From Bdellovibrionales bacterium (GTDB taxonomy: Bacteria; Bdellovibrionota; Bdellovibrionia; Bdellovibrionales; UBA1609): 64,000 nt of DNA. The notes under the pieces are model-generated. The model was not told the origin of the DNA, ran no database searches, and saw only the letters and a list, made by a program, of their open reading frames with translations. The position numbers were made by a program, and so were the translations under genes. How positions within the stretch are numbered: position 1 is the first letter of the stretch; every line of letters begins with the position of its first letter. Below, in pieces: positions 30,347-39,654 of the stretch. The stretch lies in contig DAHVQG010000002.1 of assembly GCA_027317865.1 (NCBI GenBank), forward strand, positions 249,700 to 313,699. Direction: 5' to 3'.

Positions 30347-32788
30347 TTAAGCGCTCTTCTTCTGTTCATCTTTTTCACTCGCCAGCTTTTTTAGAATCTC
30401 GATTTTTTTCAGCTCCGGATGCCTTCTTTCAAGCTCTTGAATTCGCGCTTTATCGCCGGCGTCGCTGGTGCAGATCCAGTATGAAAGTGGCTCGGAGGTC
30501 AACCGTAAAACGATTTGATTTTCATCCTGTAGAAAAAAGAATTCACTATACGCACCTTTTACGACTTCTAAGCTCTTTATCGCTTCAACCTGCGCGTCGG
30601 TGAAATCAAATGTTTCTTGAAAATCCTTCCAGTCAATTTTTCGTTGCTTTAGAATAATGACGCTTGTCGAGTTTGGCATAAGCGCATCGCGGATCTCGGG
30701 ATCAGCCAAAAAATCGCGATAGTTCTGGCTAATGCACCAAATACCGGCGTTGTACTTTCGCCACGTTCTGTAGCAGGTAATAACAAACTGCTTTGATAGC
30801 TCGCCGCTTTTAAAAAACCGCTCGGCCTCGTCACAAATGAGTAGATATGGTCGCGCGAGATCCGATGCCGCTGCATCCTGAATGTACGATGTCAAAAGTA
30901 ATAGCAAAATGTCTTTAAGGTCCGGATGGTTCGTGAGTCCATTTACCTCGATGGTGACAAGATCCTTTGACAAATTGATTGTACTTGGTCCATCGAGCAT
31001 TCTACCGTAAGCCGTTTCACCACACCACGAAAATAGAATCTGCGCGAATTTTTGCATTTCTGGATCGTTATGCTTTTCTAGTGCGGTTTTCAGATCCGAC
31101 AGAAATGGAACACGCGCGGCCGACCCTTTGTATACGGCAAAAATCGCTTCTTCGAGCATGGCCTTTTCACGTTTTCCTAAAGATTTTTGGTTCGGGTCTT
31201 TAAGAATAAGTTCTAAAATTGCGAGTATCAATTTAACCCGCGCCGGAGATGGCGTGGCTTCGCCGTTTGGAAGATCAAACACATTAATCCGAATGCCGCT
31301 TTCTAAGTTCAAGTCGACAAATTCGCCGTCTAATACTTCGAGCAATTTTTGCGAACTTGCGCCATTATCGATCCAAAAAAGCCGGGGCGTCGGTTTTTGA
31401 CCGTAAAACATGAGCATCAGCTGCGAGATCGTGAAGCTCTTGCCGCTGCCTGTTCCGCCGAAAATCAGACCGTTCCACGCGGGCAATTCCTGCGCAAACG
31501 GTGAAAACGAAAATAGACCGCCGTCACGGTTTGGGATGAGGCACACTGGGCTTTGGTTCCCGCGCCAGTTACCATAGAGCGGGAGAAGATGTGCAACATT
31601 ACTACTCTTCATTTTGTAGTGGCGAAGGCCGCTACACGCACCGGGTAGGGCGTCGATAAAAACGTCAAAACCTGGCAGCGTTTCTACGATCCCTTCAGAT
31701 TGACCCATCTGTCGAAACGCTTTTAGAACTTCGTCCGATTTCTCTTCGAGCTCCTCTTGCGATTTAGCCCAAATGATTACGGTAAAATCCATCGATACGA
31801 GTCGCTCACTTCCGTCGAGTAATTCACGTAGCAAGGATTCGATATCGTTTAGTTTTGACTCGCTTTCGAGGTCAGAAACATTTTCTGATCCGCCGGCCAT
31901 CGAATTGGCCACGCGACGCTTGAGTTCTAGGCGCTGCCGTTCGCGTATTTGATCCAAAATTTTTATATTCTGGCTCATCCAAAAGTGAAACGGTAACGAC
32001 AAAGTCAAATTGTTAATTATAGAGCTATATGTCGAACCTTCAGGAAGCGTTTTCAAGGTGACTGTGCGGAAAAAATAATCGCCAACTCGCAAATGACCAC
32101 GATGGACTTCAATATCTGAAAGTGTCAACTGTTCAATTATTGACGGAGCGAGTGGGTCCCCGGATTCACGCATCGACGGTAATGGGTAGTGTTCTGCGCG
32201 ATCAAGGTTTAGGTATTGAAATACAAGACTAAACCACTCCTCGGGCTCAAGTTTTGCCGGCTTTAGCCCCGAATGTATCAGCGAAGATTCAATTTGCTTT
32301 AACGCTCGATCGAATTTTTCTCTATGAGCTGTATATTCTGACTCTGCAATGGGTTCGTATTTTTTTTGCGACTCCCAAAAACGGCGCTTTTTATAAGAAT
32401 ATGGTTTGCTTCGAATAAAAAGATAGAATTCCGGCACGAAGTAATTTTTTTGCGCTTCATTTCTCTTTAGAAACGATATCCGAGCCTCGGCAATTGGCCG
32501 ATAAATCTCTGGGGCTTCACTTGAAATCGCTGCATGTTCGGTGAGCAGGGCGCTTACATTTGGGGTCACGCGATAAAAGATCTGAAGCTTGAGCCCTTCT
32601 TCCGTACCAATTAACAGATTTTCGACTTTTCTTGTAAAGGTATTGATTTCGTCGGGTGTGCGGCACGAAATATCGACTCCTGTTAGCCGAAATGCACCGC
32701 CAAGTGAGCCGTCAGAATACACCATTAAATCTTGATCGAAGTGCCAAAACGGCAGGCGATCCGCGAGACCCGCAATATTATTTTTCAT
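30347..32788 (-). CDS. virB4: VirB4/TraC-family T4SS ATPase
   Basis: Walker A GGTGSGKS, IDNGAS, Walker B LICDEA, RKYNAG..ISQ; about 810 aa. Confidence 0.9.
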   Translation of the reverse strand: MKNNIAGLADRLPFWHFDQDLMVYSDGSLGGAFRLTGVDISCRTPDEINTFTRKVENLLIGTEEGLKLQIFYRVTPNVSALLTEHAAISSEAPEIYRPIAEARISFLKRNEAQKNYFVPEFYLFIRSKPYSYKKRRFWESQKKYEPIAESEYTAHREKFDRALKQIESSLIHSGLKPAKLEPEEWFSLVFQYLNLDRAEHYPLPSMRESGDPLAPSIIEQLTLSDIEVHRGHLRVGDYFFRTVTLKTLPEGSTYSSIINNLTLSLPFHFWMSQNIKILDQIRERQRLELKRRVANSMAGGSENVSDLESESKLNDIESLLRELLDGSERLVSMDFTVIIWAKSQEELEEKSDEVLKAFRQMGQSEGIVETLPGFDVFIDALPGACSGLRHYKMKSSNVAHLLPLYGNWRGNQSPVCLIPNRDGGLFSFSPFAQELPAWNGLIFGGTGSGKSFTISQLMLMFYGQKPTPRLFWIDNGASSQKLLEVLDGEFVDLNLESGIRINVFDLPNGEATPSPARVKLILAILELILKDPNQKSLGKREKAMLEEAIFAVYKGSAARVPFLSDLKTALEKHNDPEMQKFAQILFSWCGETAYGRMLDGPSTINLSKDLVTIEVNGLTNHPDLKDILLLLLTSYIQDAAASDLARPYLLICDEAERFFKSGELSKQFVITCYRTWRKYNAGIWCISQNYRDFLADPEIRDALMPNSTSVIILKQRKIDWKDFQETFDFTDAQVEAIKSLEVVKGAYSEFFFLQDENQIVLRLTSEPLSYWICTSDAGDKARIQELERRHPELKKIEILKKLASEKDEQKKSA

Positions 32789-33083
32789 AGATATTGGTTC
32801 GTAGCCTTTCTTGAAATTCAGGTTGCGCGCCTGCGGCATAATGGCCCGGCGTTAAGTAAAATCGCAACAGGTGGAGTAAAAATCCATCAGGTTTATTGCG
32901 CTTTCCTAGATATAGTACGAGCAGCATCGCAACTGGCACACATACGACAATCGGTAAAGGTAGGTGAAGAACATTGAGAATCGAGAGAGCAATCAAAGCC
33001 GCGATGAGATCGAGGGCCTCCATGCCCCCGATCTTCACTCTAACGTCAAGCCCACGGTGAACTGCGGACCTATTCAACTCCAC
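32778..33083 (-). CDS. VirB3-like membrane protein
   Basis: Two TMs, directly upstream of and overlapping virB4. Confidence 0.65.
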   Translation of the reverse strand: MELNRSAVHRGLDVRVKIGGMEALDLIAALIALSILNVLHLPLPIVVCVPVAMLLVLYLGKRNKPDGFLLHLLRFYLTPGHYAAGAQPEFQERLRTNIYEK

Positions 33084-33413
33084 CTAATAACCTCCGCCAA
33101 CAGCACCTTGCAGCCAGTGAATTATAATCGGCGCGAGACATCCGACGATGCATGCAATGATAATTAGTATCATTCGACCTTTTGCACCCTGATCACCAGA
33201 AACCGCAAGAATAGCGGCATAGACAAGGCCCAAGATAGAAATCGCTGGCAATACGACAGTGATGAGCTTGCCTGTTAAACCTGCAACACGCCCCGACAGT
33301 TCATCGGCGCCAACGCCGCCATAGCTTTGTGCGAATGCGAAATGCGGGTAAAGAGTCATCAAAGCAAATACGCCGATCAAAACGCACGCCAATGCAATAG
33401 TTGACTTTTTCAC
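33084..33413 (-). CDS. VirB2/TrbC-like pilin
   Basis: Signal ending AFA, then two hydrophobic helices. Confidence 0.7.
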   Translation of the reverse strand: MKKSTIALACVLIGVFALMTLYPHFAFAQSYGGVGADELSGRVAGLTGKLITVVLPAISILGLVYAAILAVSGDQGAKGRMILIIIACIVGCLAPIIIHWLQGAVGGGY

Positions 33414-33766
33414 TCGGTAACGTCTGGCACAAGAACGAGTCGCTGCGGCAAATATCGGCCAATCTTCATGTACACGTGACCATTCGTCTCGCCACTTGAA
33501 TATCCATTACCTACAGGTACACGATGAGAAAATTTACCGTTAATATCAACTGGCGAATGAACGACGTAATCGATTCGATCTTCATTGGCCTCTTTCGGTC
33601 GAAGATAGAGAATGGTGCGAGGCGCATCGAGCACAAGTCGATATTCGCCAAATTCAGGGACATAAAATGCAACACCGGCATTATATTTTTCGCCGCTTTC
33701 AGGGTCTAACCAAAACAACTCTTCTTTTTTTGTTTTTTTAATTTTTTCCATTTTAGAAATCCTCAA
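33410..33766 (-). CDS. Hypothetical protein in the tra operon
   Basis: Beta-rich ORF of about 115 aa, coupled to the pilin gene. Confidence 0.6.
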   Translation of the reverse strand: MRISKMEKIKKTKKEELFWLDPESGEKYNAGVAFYVPEFGEYRLVLDAPRTILYLRPKEANEDRIDYVVHSPVDINGKFSHRVPVGNGYSSGETNGHVYMKIGRYLPQRLVLVPDVTE

Positions 33767-33810
33767 ATTATTTGTAATTGACCGACAGTAAATCCATTCC
33801 GAGATTTTAC

Positions 33811-34152
33811 TTACGCCGCGACGAGTTCCTCTCCTGAATCTTTTCTCAGGGCTGAAACCAGTTCACTTCGCAAATTATCGAGTGCATGGCTAAAAATCTT
33901 TATTGTTAAATCGATCGGCAGTTCAATTTGTGCGGCGATTGAAGAAAACGACAAGCCCTCCCAGAATCTCAAATAAACAACCAAACGTTCTTCGCGAGAC
34001 AGTTTGGCGACACGGTCGCGCACGAGTGCGGCCTGGCGGTCTTTTCGTTGGTCGTAGCGCCAATGTTTTTTTCGTTCATAATCAGCGAAAACTCTATTAT
34101 CCATCTCACGCTCAATCATTTTTGGACTCCAATATTGAAGTTTCGTGTTCAC
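33811..34152 (-). CDS. Sigma-70 region-4-like HTH protein
   Basis: LSREERLVVYLRFWEGLSFSSIAAQIELP...ALDNLR. Confidence 0.75.
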   Translation of the reverse strand: MNTKLQYWSPKMIEREMDNRVFADYERKKHWRYDQRKDRQAALVRDRVAKLSREERLVVYLRFWEGLSFSSIAAQIELPIDLTIKIFSHALDNLRSELVSALRKDSGEELVAA

Positions 34153-34280
34153 CAGAACCGTCCGTATAACCCGTATTTGATTCGAGCTTCATCGCGTGCC
34201 TTTCTTAATCGTTCCTCATCAACTTTTATTTCAAAAAGTATATAGTGGACCCGCTTAAAAATTTGGCGGAGCTTATCCAT
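34149..34280 (-). CDS. 43-aa small protein (below ORF-track cutoff)
   Basis: MDKLRQIFKRVHYILFEIKVDEERLRKARDEARIKYGLYGRFW; SD AAGAGG; overlaps both neighbours. Confidence 0.6.
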   Translation of the reverse strand: MDKLRQIFKRVHYILFEIKVDEERLRKARDEARIKYGLYGRFW

Positions 34281-34752
34281 TGGATGCCTCTTTTGAAAAT
34301 GGGATTACATTCGAGGTTTGCCTCTCGACAGTTTCATCGGGGCGCCGAAAACTAACGACGTTTTCAATGCTGACAACGCGAGCTTCTGGCTTGCCATTAC
34401 CGCCGTTTTCTAGAAATTCCTGACACTCGATACAAAAAGTGCAGTCCGGCTGTGCATCGAGACGCCTGGGATCAATTTCTTCTTCGCATCCTTCACACAC
34501 ACCGAAAATCCCCATGTCGATTCGTCTGAGTGCTCGCGCCAATTTGCCAGCTTGCCTTTCGATATGTCGAAACATACCCATTCGTTGATTGCGATCGCTC
34601 AGTTCTTTTGCTTCATCGAGTGGGTCGGGTAAAATTAATGGGTCTTCGACAATCGCGCGCAATTCGGATTCGAGACCCTCCCACATTTGGTGGAGGGCGC
34701 GCTGTCGCTCCAAGATATTGTCTTTGAATTTTTGTAGCTGTTCGTTTGTCAC
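34273..34752 (-). CDS. TraR/DksA C4 Zn-finger protein
   Basis: DPLDEA coiled-coil tip; CEGC...RRL.A.P....CIEC; likely GTG start 34752 after GAGGAGG. Confidence 0.88.
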   Translation of the reverse strand: MTNEQLQKFKDNILERQRALHQMWEGLESELRAIVEDPLILPDPLDEAKELSDRNQRMGMFRHIERQAGKLARALRRIDMGIFGVCEGCEEEIDPRRLDAQPDCTFCIECQEFLENGGNGKPEARVVSIENVVSFRRPDETVERQTSNVIPFSKEASNG

Positions 34753-34813
34753 GTTTTTCTCCTCCTCGTGGGGGGAAAAATTAGCCCCACGACTTTCTGT
34801 TACTGCAAGAGGA

Positions 34814-34830
34814 GTCAGCGATCGTGCCAA
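34814..34830 (-). promoter_or_regulatory. Putative sigma54 promoter of the tra operon
   Basis: TTGGCACGATCGCTGAC: perfect -24 element; GG-N10-GA with non-consensus -12. Confidence 0.6.
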
Positions 34831-34897
34831 CAGACGAAAAGTAATTGGATTGATTAAGAAAAAATGGATTTTGCTCGAACGTGGCCGAACTTAAAAA

Positions 34898-34973
34898 TGA
34901 ACGCAGTTACGTCCACGAATTTTGAATTTCAATGTGTTATCGCAAACATGATGAAAAGACGTATCTACGTCCA
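34898..34973. promoter_or_regulatory. Two palindromic enhancer-like sites
   Basis: TGAACGCA-GT-TACGTCCA (34898-34915) and AAGACGTA-TC-TACGTCCA (34956-34973). Confidence 0.7.
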
Positions 34974-35182
34974 TTCGATCACTCAAATTTAGTGCGGAAT
35001 AATTTGGAGAATTAGTTCACGTCGAACAGGACTCGACGCCGGCGGGCCATAATGACTGCTTCATTTCCGGCCGGCACCGGCCCGCATTGATTTAAAGTGC
35101 CTGCATTTTGGGCCGGGCTTTCCGTCGGCTGCGGCTCATATTCGCACCTTTTAATACGGCTTACGATCGTAGAGGCTACTAT

Positions 35183-37234
35183 CTAATTCGTGGGCAACTC
35201 CAAAATGTTTACGCCTATGTCAGTACCGTCAAGCGTGCCACTGCTTGAGTACGGAAGGCCGAGACCGCTTACCCCTATGCCGTGATATAAACTCAAAGGG
35301 CTCAGAGCATATCCGGTGTCTGAAGTGGCTGATCCATAATTCGTAAAACCCACTGCACTATCATTCACTGGTTTGAAATTTCCGGCTGGAACGGTGCTGT
35401 CCTTATTGCCGACAAGCACGTTGTTGACGAACACGGAGTGCGTGCATTGTGGCGGAATCGCATTTGCGAAATGAGATAACGTTGGGCCGGCACCGATGCC
35501 GTACTGGGTAGAATCAAAGATGTTATTGCTCCATACACAATTATTGAGTGCCATATTAACGGTACCAGCGCCAAACCAAATAGTTTCTGGCGCTCCACTA
35601 CTAGCCGTGTCTATGAAACTATTGTGGTCAAAAATCAAATCTCCACCATTGCCTCCCCCGTGCTCGTCGACTCCGGCGAGATTTGAGCCAATCAAGCTAA
35701 TCGCTGTACTAGTCGTTCCGTCGCTTACTGTCTGGATAAATATATTATTACGAAACAAAATACGTTCTGCGGGTTGTGTATCATGGGCGCCCATCGACGC
35801 ATTGTCTTGCATCAATACATTAAAGCCCCCGAACATTGCGTTTGTAAATACATTGTCCGATATCGTGAAATCAGCGAGGTGATACCAAGGATTCGTGCCG
35901 GCCTGATCTCGAGAGGTCAGTACAAATGCTGAGCGCGGCTGACCTGGGGCGCCAGCGTTAGTCAAATAGTTGGAGCTAAACAATACGCGCTGACCGGTTT
36001 TGAATTCAACCATGTTTTTACCTGTGGAGATTGCCGTAACATTAACTGACCCTGCGGTAGTACCAATGGCTGCAGAACTCATTTGGTAAGTTCCCGCTCC
36101 ACCAGGTGTACCCGAAAGTTGGGAAATTATTTTTACGCGTGCCGGAATGTAACTATTAGCATCTTTTGGCGCCATCGTGGGTTGGATAAATCCGTTCGTC
36201 ACTGAGTTTATCGTCAGAATCGATGAGCCGTTGACCACTGAACCTGTACCAACAAAATATGGTTTGTAATAGTCGTTATTTGTGATTGTAATGTCACTCG
36301 GCTCGCTGGGGAACGGTAACGTAGTATCCGAACCGCCAAACAGAGTGGTTTCACCACCTGCTTGTAGATAGTTGTTGTGGATTTTATATGGACCTAAGGA
36401 GTTGATAACGAGGATTGCATTATTGTCGCCGGTCGCTGGATCGAACGCCGTAATGTAGGACCCCACCACCTCCATAAAATTGCCGTCCATGTCTACCGCG
36501 TGGCGCACACCGTATGTGGGGCTTCCAGTGATGTAACATCTGTCGATCGTAATGTTAGATGCAAGCGTTGAGGGCGAAATGTCTTTATTGTTGAAATTGA
36601 TGTCGTAAAAATTTTCACTATTCATTTTCGCATTGGCATCCGTTAACTCAATATCAAGTCCCACTAACCGGTAATATGAAGCACTTATTCCTCTTTTGAT
36701 GATTGGCCCTCCGCCAGTGGATGTGGAGCGTATCGACGCCATATCAGAAACGTCTGAGGGGCTAACTCGCATTCCGGCGGTTGGTAGACCAGATCCGCCG
36801 ATCTCAGGGGCGTCGGAGGAGATAATATAGATCCATCCAGATCCTGAGCGAGTCGGCAGCGTGAAAGAACTAGATGTCGTGTACGTCGTGCCAGCCTGAA
36901 GTACGATCACATCGCCCAGGTTCCCCGTTGCCGAAGCAGCATCATTGAGCGCCTGTTGCAGCGTCATGCTAGAGTCATGTCCATAGCCAGGAGTATAATA
37001 CGAACCGCGATTTGTATTTGCTGGCAACGGCGGAGAAGAGGTTGTCGAGAATTGCTGGGGTAGTGTGGGCAACGTAGCGCCAAACCACATCTCATTAGAG
37101 GTTCCGCTTGAAGTTGAAGCAGACGTAATTGAAGAGGATGTAAAACCACTAGAGCAATTTTGAAACAGAAACAAAACCGTCAAAAAAGTTAAAACAACTA
37201 ATGAAATACGTTTTAAGCTCCATTTTTGATCCAT
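35183..37234 (-). CDS. Lipoprotein with right-handed beta-helix (pectin-lyase-like)
   Basis: FQNC lipoprotein-type signal, Ser/Thr linker, TLQQALN, repeated ITI.NN and F.NN strands. Confidence 0.7.
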   Translation of the reverse strand: MDQKWSLKRISLVVLTFLTVLFLFQNCSSGFTSSSITSASTSSGTSNEMWFGATLPTLPQQFSTTSSPPLPANTNRGSYYTPGYGHDSSMTLQQALNDAASATGNLGDVIVLQAGTTYTTSSSFTLPTRSGSGWIYIISSDAPEIGGSGLPTAGMRVSPSDVSDMASIRSTSTGGGPIIKRGISASYYRLVGLDIELTDANAKMNSENFYDINFNNKDISPSTLASNITIDRCYITGSPTYGVRHAVDMDGNFMEVVGSYITAFDPATGDNNAILVINSLGPYKIHNNYLQAGGETTLFGGSDTTLPFPSEPSDITITNNDYYKPYFVGTGSVVNGSSILTINSVTNGFIQPTMAPKDANSYIPARVKIISQLSGTPGGAGTYQMSSAAIGTTAGSVNVTAISTGKNMVEFKTGQRVLFSSNYLTNAGAPGQPRSAFVLTSRDQAGTNPWYHLADFTISDNVFTNAMFGGFNVLMQDNASMGAHDTQPAERILFRNNIFIQTVSDGTTSTAISLIGSNLAGVDEHGGGNGGDLIFDHNSFIDTASSGAPETIWFGAGTVNMALNNCVWSNNIFDSTQYGIGAGPTLSHFANAIPPQCTHSVFVNNVLVGNKDSTVPAGNFKPVNDSAVGFTNYGSATSDTGYALSPLSLYHGIGVSGLGLPYSSSGTLDGTDIGVNILELPTN

Positions 37235-37265
37235 AATATTATTACACCCGATCGACTAAAACGAC

Positions 37266-39527
37266 TTAGCCTCCGTTTGTCGGATAAGCATACATTGTTA
37301 CATTTGTCACAGTACCGTTTTGAAAAATACATGGGGCTTGCGAGAACGGGTCGCCTTCACCTTGGTAAGACCCTATATTTGGCATGTAGATGCACGCCTC
37401 GTTAGACTCGCATAATCCGTTATTATTGCCATTTGGGTTATGAACGTAATCAAAATTTATTTCCATAGCATTGGGTAAAAATATATGACCCTCTGGATCA
37501 GTAACAGCGGTATTTCCGTTTACAGCTTGCGGACAAGTGGCGCCTGGCACAAATACCTGGTTTTGGCTATCGCCATTCAAACTGGCGTTTCGAAGCACAG
37601 TATCGCTTTTCGACAAACGCCAATCCCAAATGCGACAATTCCCACTTGAACATCGTCCGTAATTTGTCGTAGAGGGGAATGCTCCGCCGTCAACCCCCCA
37701 ACCTCTCAAAATTGTTGAAAAGTCGAACCAGTCAAGCGCCGAGGTGTACGCTTCAAGCCCATTTGTATTCGTCGAATTTGAGGTGTCTGTAGTTGTAACC
37801 TTCCCGATGAACGAACTGGCCAGGGTATAAGGTGTGTAAAGGTAGGCCGTCGAAAGATTGCCGCCACCGCCCCAATTTGTCGTCGAACCACCAGACCCAT
37901 TTGTTCCGGCACCTGAACTGCCGCCGCTCGTACAAGTGGTGGTAACAAAGCCCGGAGACGCGCCCGCGCTATTTAGCGTGCAGTTTGCAGTGGAATTGTT
38001 ACCGATCAAAACGTAGTTATAAAATGCATTACCTGTGCTGCTGGCGTCCGCCTCAATTCCAGTTTGATCGTCAGTGACAGCCGAATTGTAGATCGCCGAA
38101 TTAGTCGAACCATCCAAAAAAATTCCAATTTTTGAATTCGTAGCAGCAACGTTAACGAAGGTGTTGTTGTTCGCCCCGCTTGCCGGATGAATTGCATAAA
38201 GATTAATATTTGCGAATGTACCGCCAACTAGTGTGTCGCCTGATGAGTAACTGTGCCAACCATAATCGCCCGAATTCGTCACAGTTGCCTGTACGATGAT
38301 GTTGTTATTGCCACCGCCCAGACCCGTAACAGCATCATTTGACGACTGCACGTTAACATATGTCGTGCTGGTCCCCATGCTAATGCCTGCATTCGAGTTA
38401 TTAGAACTGAAAAGGTTTTCTGCAAATCCTGAAGTTTCATTAATTCCTAATCCCGTTACATTGTTGGCAGCATATAAGTGGTCTAAAAATCCTCCAGTGC
38501 CACTATCATCGTACAAACCTGTGCTTGTGCCCCCGGTGTCATCATTATTTGTATAAATGTTTTGAAAAAAACAGCTATGACAATACCATGTCCATAATCC
38601 AGCACCCGTGGAGTTCTCGAACGTAGAATCACGTACACTCAAAAAGTATTCACTCCTAAACATCGAGGCACCACCTTGAGTACCCGAGCTTGGCATATCG
38701 TTAAATGTCCCTTCAACCCAATCGTAGTTATGATGCCCTGCCGACACCACAGAAAGTAAGTCATTACTGCCGCTGACTGAATAACCATAGTTTGAATCAA
38801 TATTATCTGTTGAACTGCCCGCCCACTGGAGAGTTACGCCGCTCATCACGACGATTGCCAATTTGTCGCCGGCAAGATTAAATCCATCGGTTGTCATCAC
38901 GCCACCCGTCGCGGAAGACGTCGGTACAGTGTAAATGGTCCCCGCAGCACCGGATAGGGAGGTGAGTCCACTACCGGCGTTACTTGTGAGAACACTGAAG
39001 GCGTTTGACCACCAAGCGGTTGAAGCTGTGGCTGCGACTTCGCAGTTGTTTTGATAAACTTCAACTGAGTTATCGAGAAAACCAGTGCCAGAGGAATTAA
39101 TAAGATTCTTGAGACCTTTATTCCATTTTAAATCTTCAGAATAAATGTAAGCTTCGCCATTTTTTACCTCGCACGTCCAATCAAACGCGCCGAGAGTGTC
39201 TTTAGCTGTGACTCCTGTACAGGTTGAAAGTGACGGCACAGGCACTTGCAATTTGTCGCCACCATCAATGCAGTCCCATTCTTGCGCTTCTGTTCCAGCA
39301 CAAGCCATGTCAGGTTGGCTAAATGGTCCAAGAGACGCATTCGAAACGTGTACCCAATCCATCCAGTTTCGTCCGTTGACTGGGTATATCGGCGACAGCG
39401 ATACTGTCTGCACGGTACTCGAACAACTCGAAGCGACAACTGCGCGAATATACGATGTGCAAGCAGTCGTTAGGCCACAAATCGCCCCACAAATGAGAAG
39501 TGTTACCGACGCCAGGGCATTTTTCAT
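37266..39527 (-). CDS. Secreted or lipoprotein beta-helix protein with Cys-rich caps
   Basis: Signal ending TTAC; NN..G repeats; C-terminal GNNNGLCESNEACIYMPNIGSYQG. Confidence 0.7.
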   Translation of the reverse strand: MKNALASVTLLICGAICGLTTACTSYIRAVVASSCSSTVQTVSLSPIYPVNGRNWMDWVHVSNASLGPFSQPDMACAGTEAQEWDCIDGGDKLQVPVPSLSTCTGVTAKDTLGAFDWTCEVKNGEAYIYSEDLKWNKGLKNLINSSGTGFLDNSVEVYQNNCEVAATASTAWWSNAFSVLTSNAGSGLTSLSGAAGTIYTVPTSSATGGVMTTDGFNLAGDKLAIVVMSGVTLQWAGSSTDNIDSNYGYSVSGSNDLLSVVSAGHHNYDWVEGTFNDMPSSGTQGGASMFRSEYFLSVRDSTFENSTGAGLWTWYCHSCFFQNIYTNNDDTGGTSTGLYDDSGTGGFLDHLYAANNVTGLGINETSGFAENLFSSNNSNAGISMGTSTTYVNVQSSNDAVTGLGGGNNNIIVQATVTNSGDYGWHSYSSGDTLVGGTFANINLYAIHPASGANNNTFVNVAATNSKIGIFLDGSTNSAIYNSAVTDDQTGIEADASSTGNAFYNYVLIGNNSTANCTLNSAGASPGFVTTTCTSGGSSGAGTNGSGGSTTNWGGGGNLSTAYLYTPYTLASSFIGKVTTTDTSNSTNTNGLEAYTSALDWFDFSTILRGWGVDGGAFPSTTNYGRCSSGNCRIWDWRLSKSDTVLRNASLNGDSQNQVFVPGATCPQAVNGNTAVTDPEGHIFLPNAMEINFDYVHNPNGNNNGLCESNEACIYMPNIGSYQGEGDPFSQAPCIFQNGTVTNVTMYAYPTNGG

Positions 39528-39654
39528 CTAAATTTCCCCTACAAAAAGTTTATCACAGTTTTAATAGCCATAAGCGTGTTTCAGATACTCTTGTGCATTT
39601 TTAGGAAAACAAGTCTCAAAATGAGGCAATGACCAGTCACAATTCTACACAGCA

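Noticed and set aside
34753-34830. ORF-track N-terminal extension of TraR/DksA
   Set aside because: That TTG is part of the -24 promoter element; a strong SD precedes GTG 34752.
35030-35130. GC-rich GCCGGC/GGGCCGGGC motifs also seen near 47265 and 51975
   Set aside because: Matches are too short and inconsistent to call module-boundary repeats.
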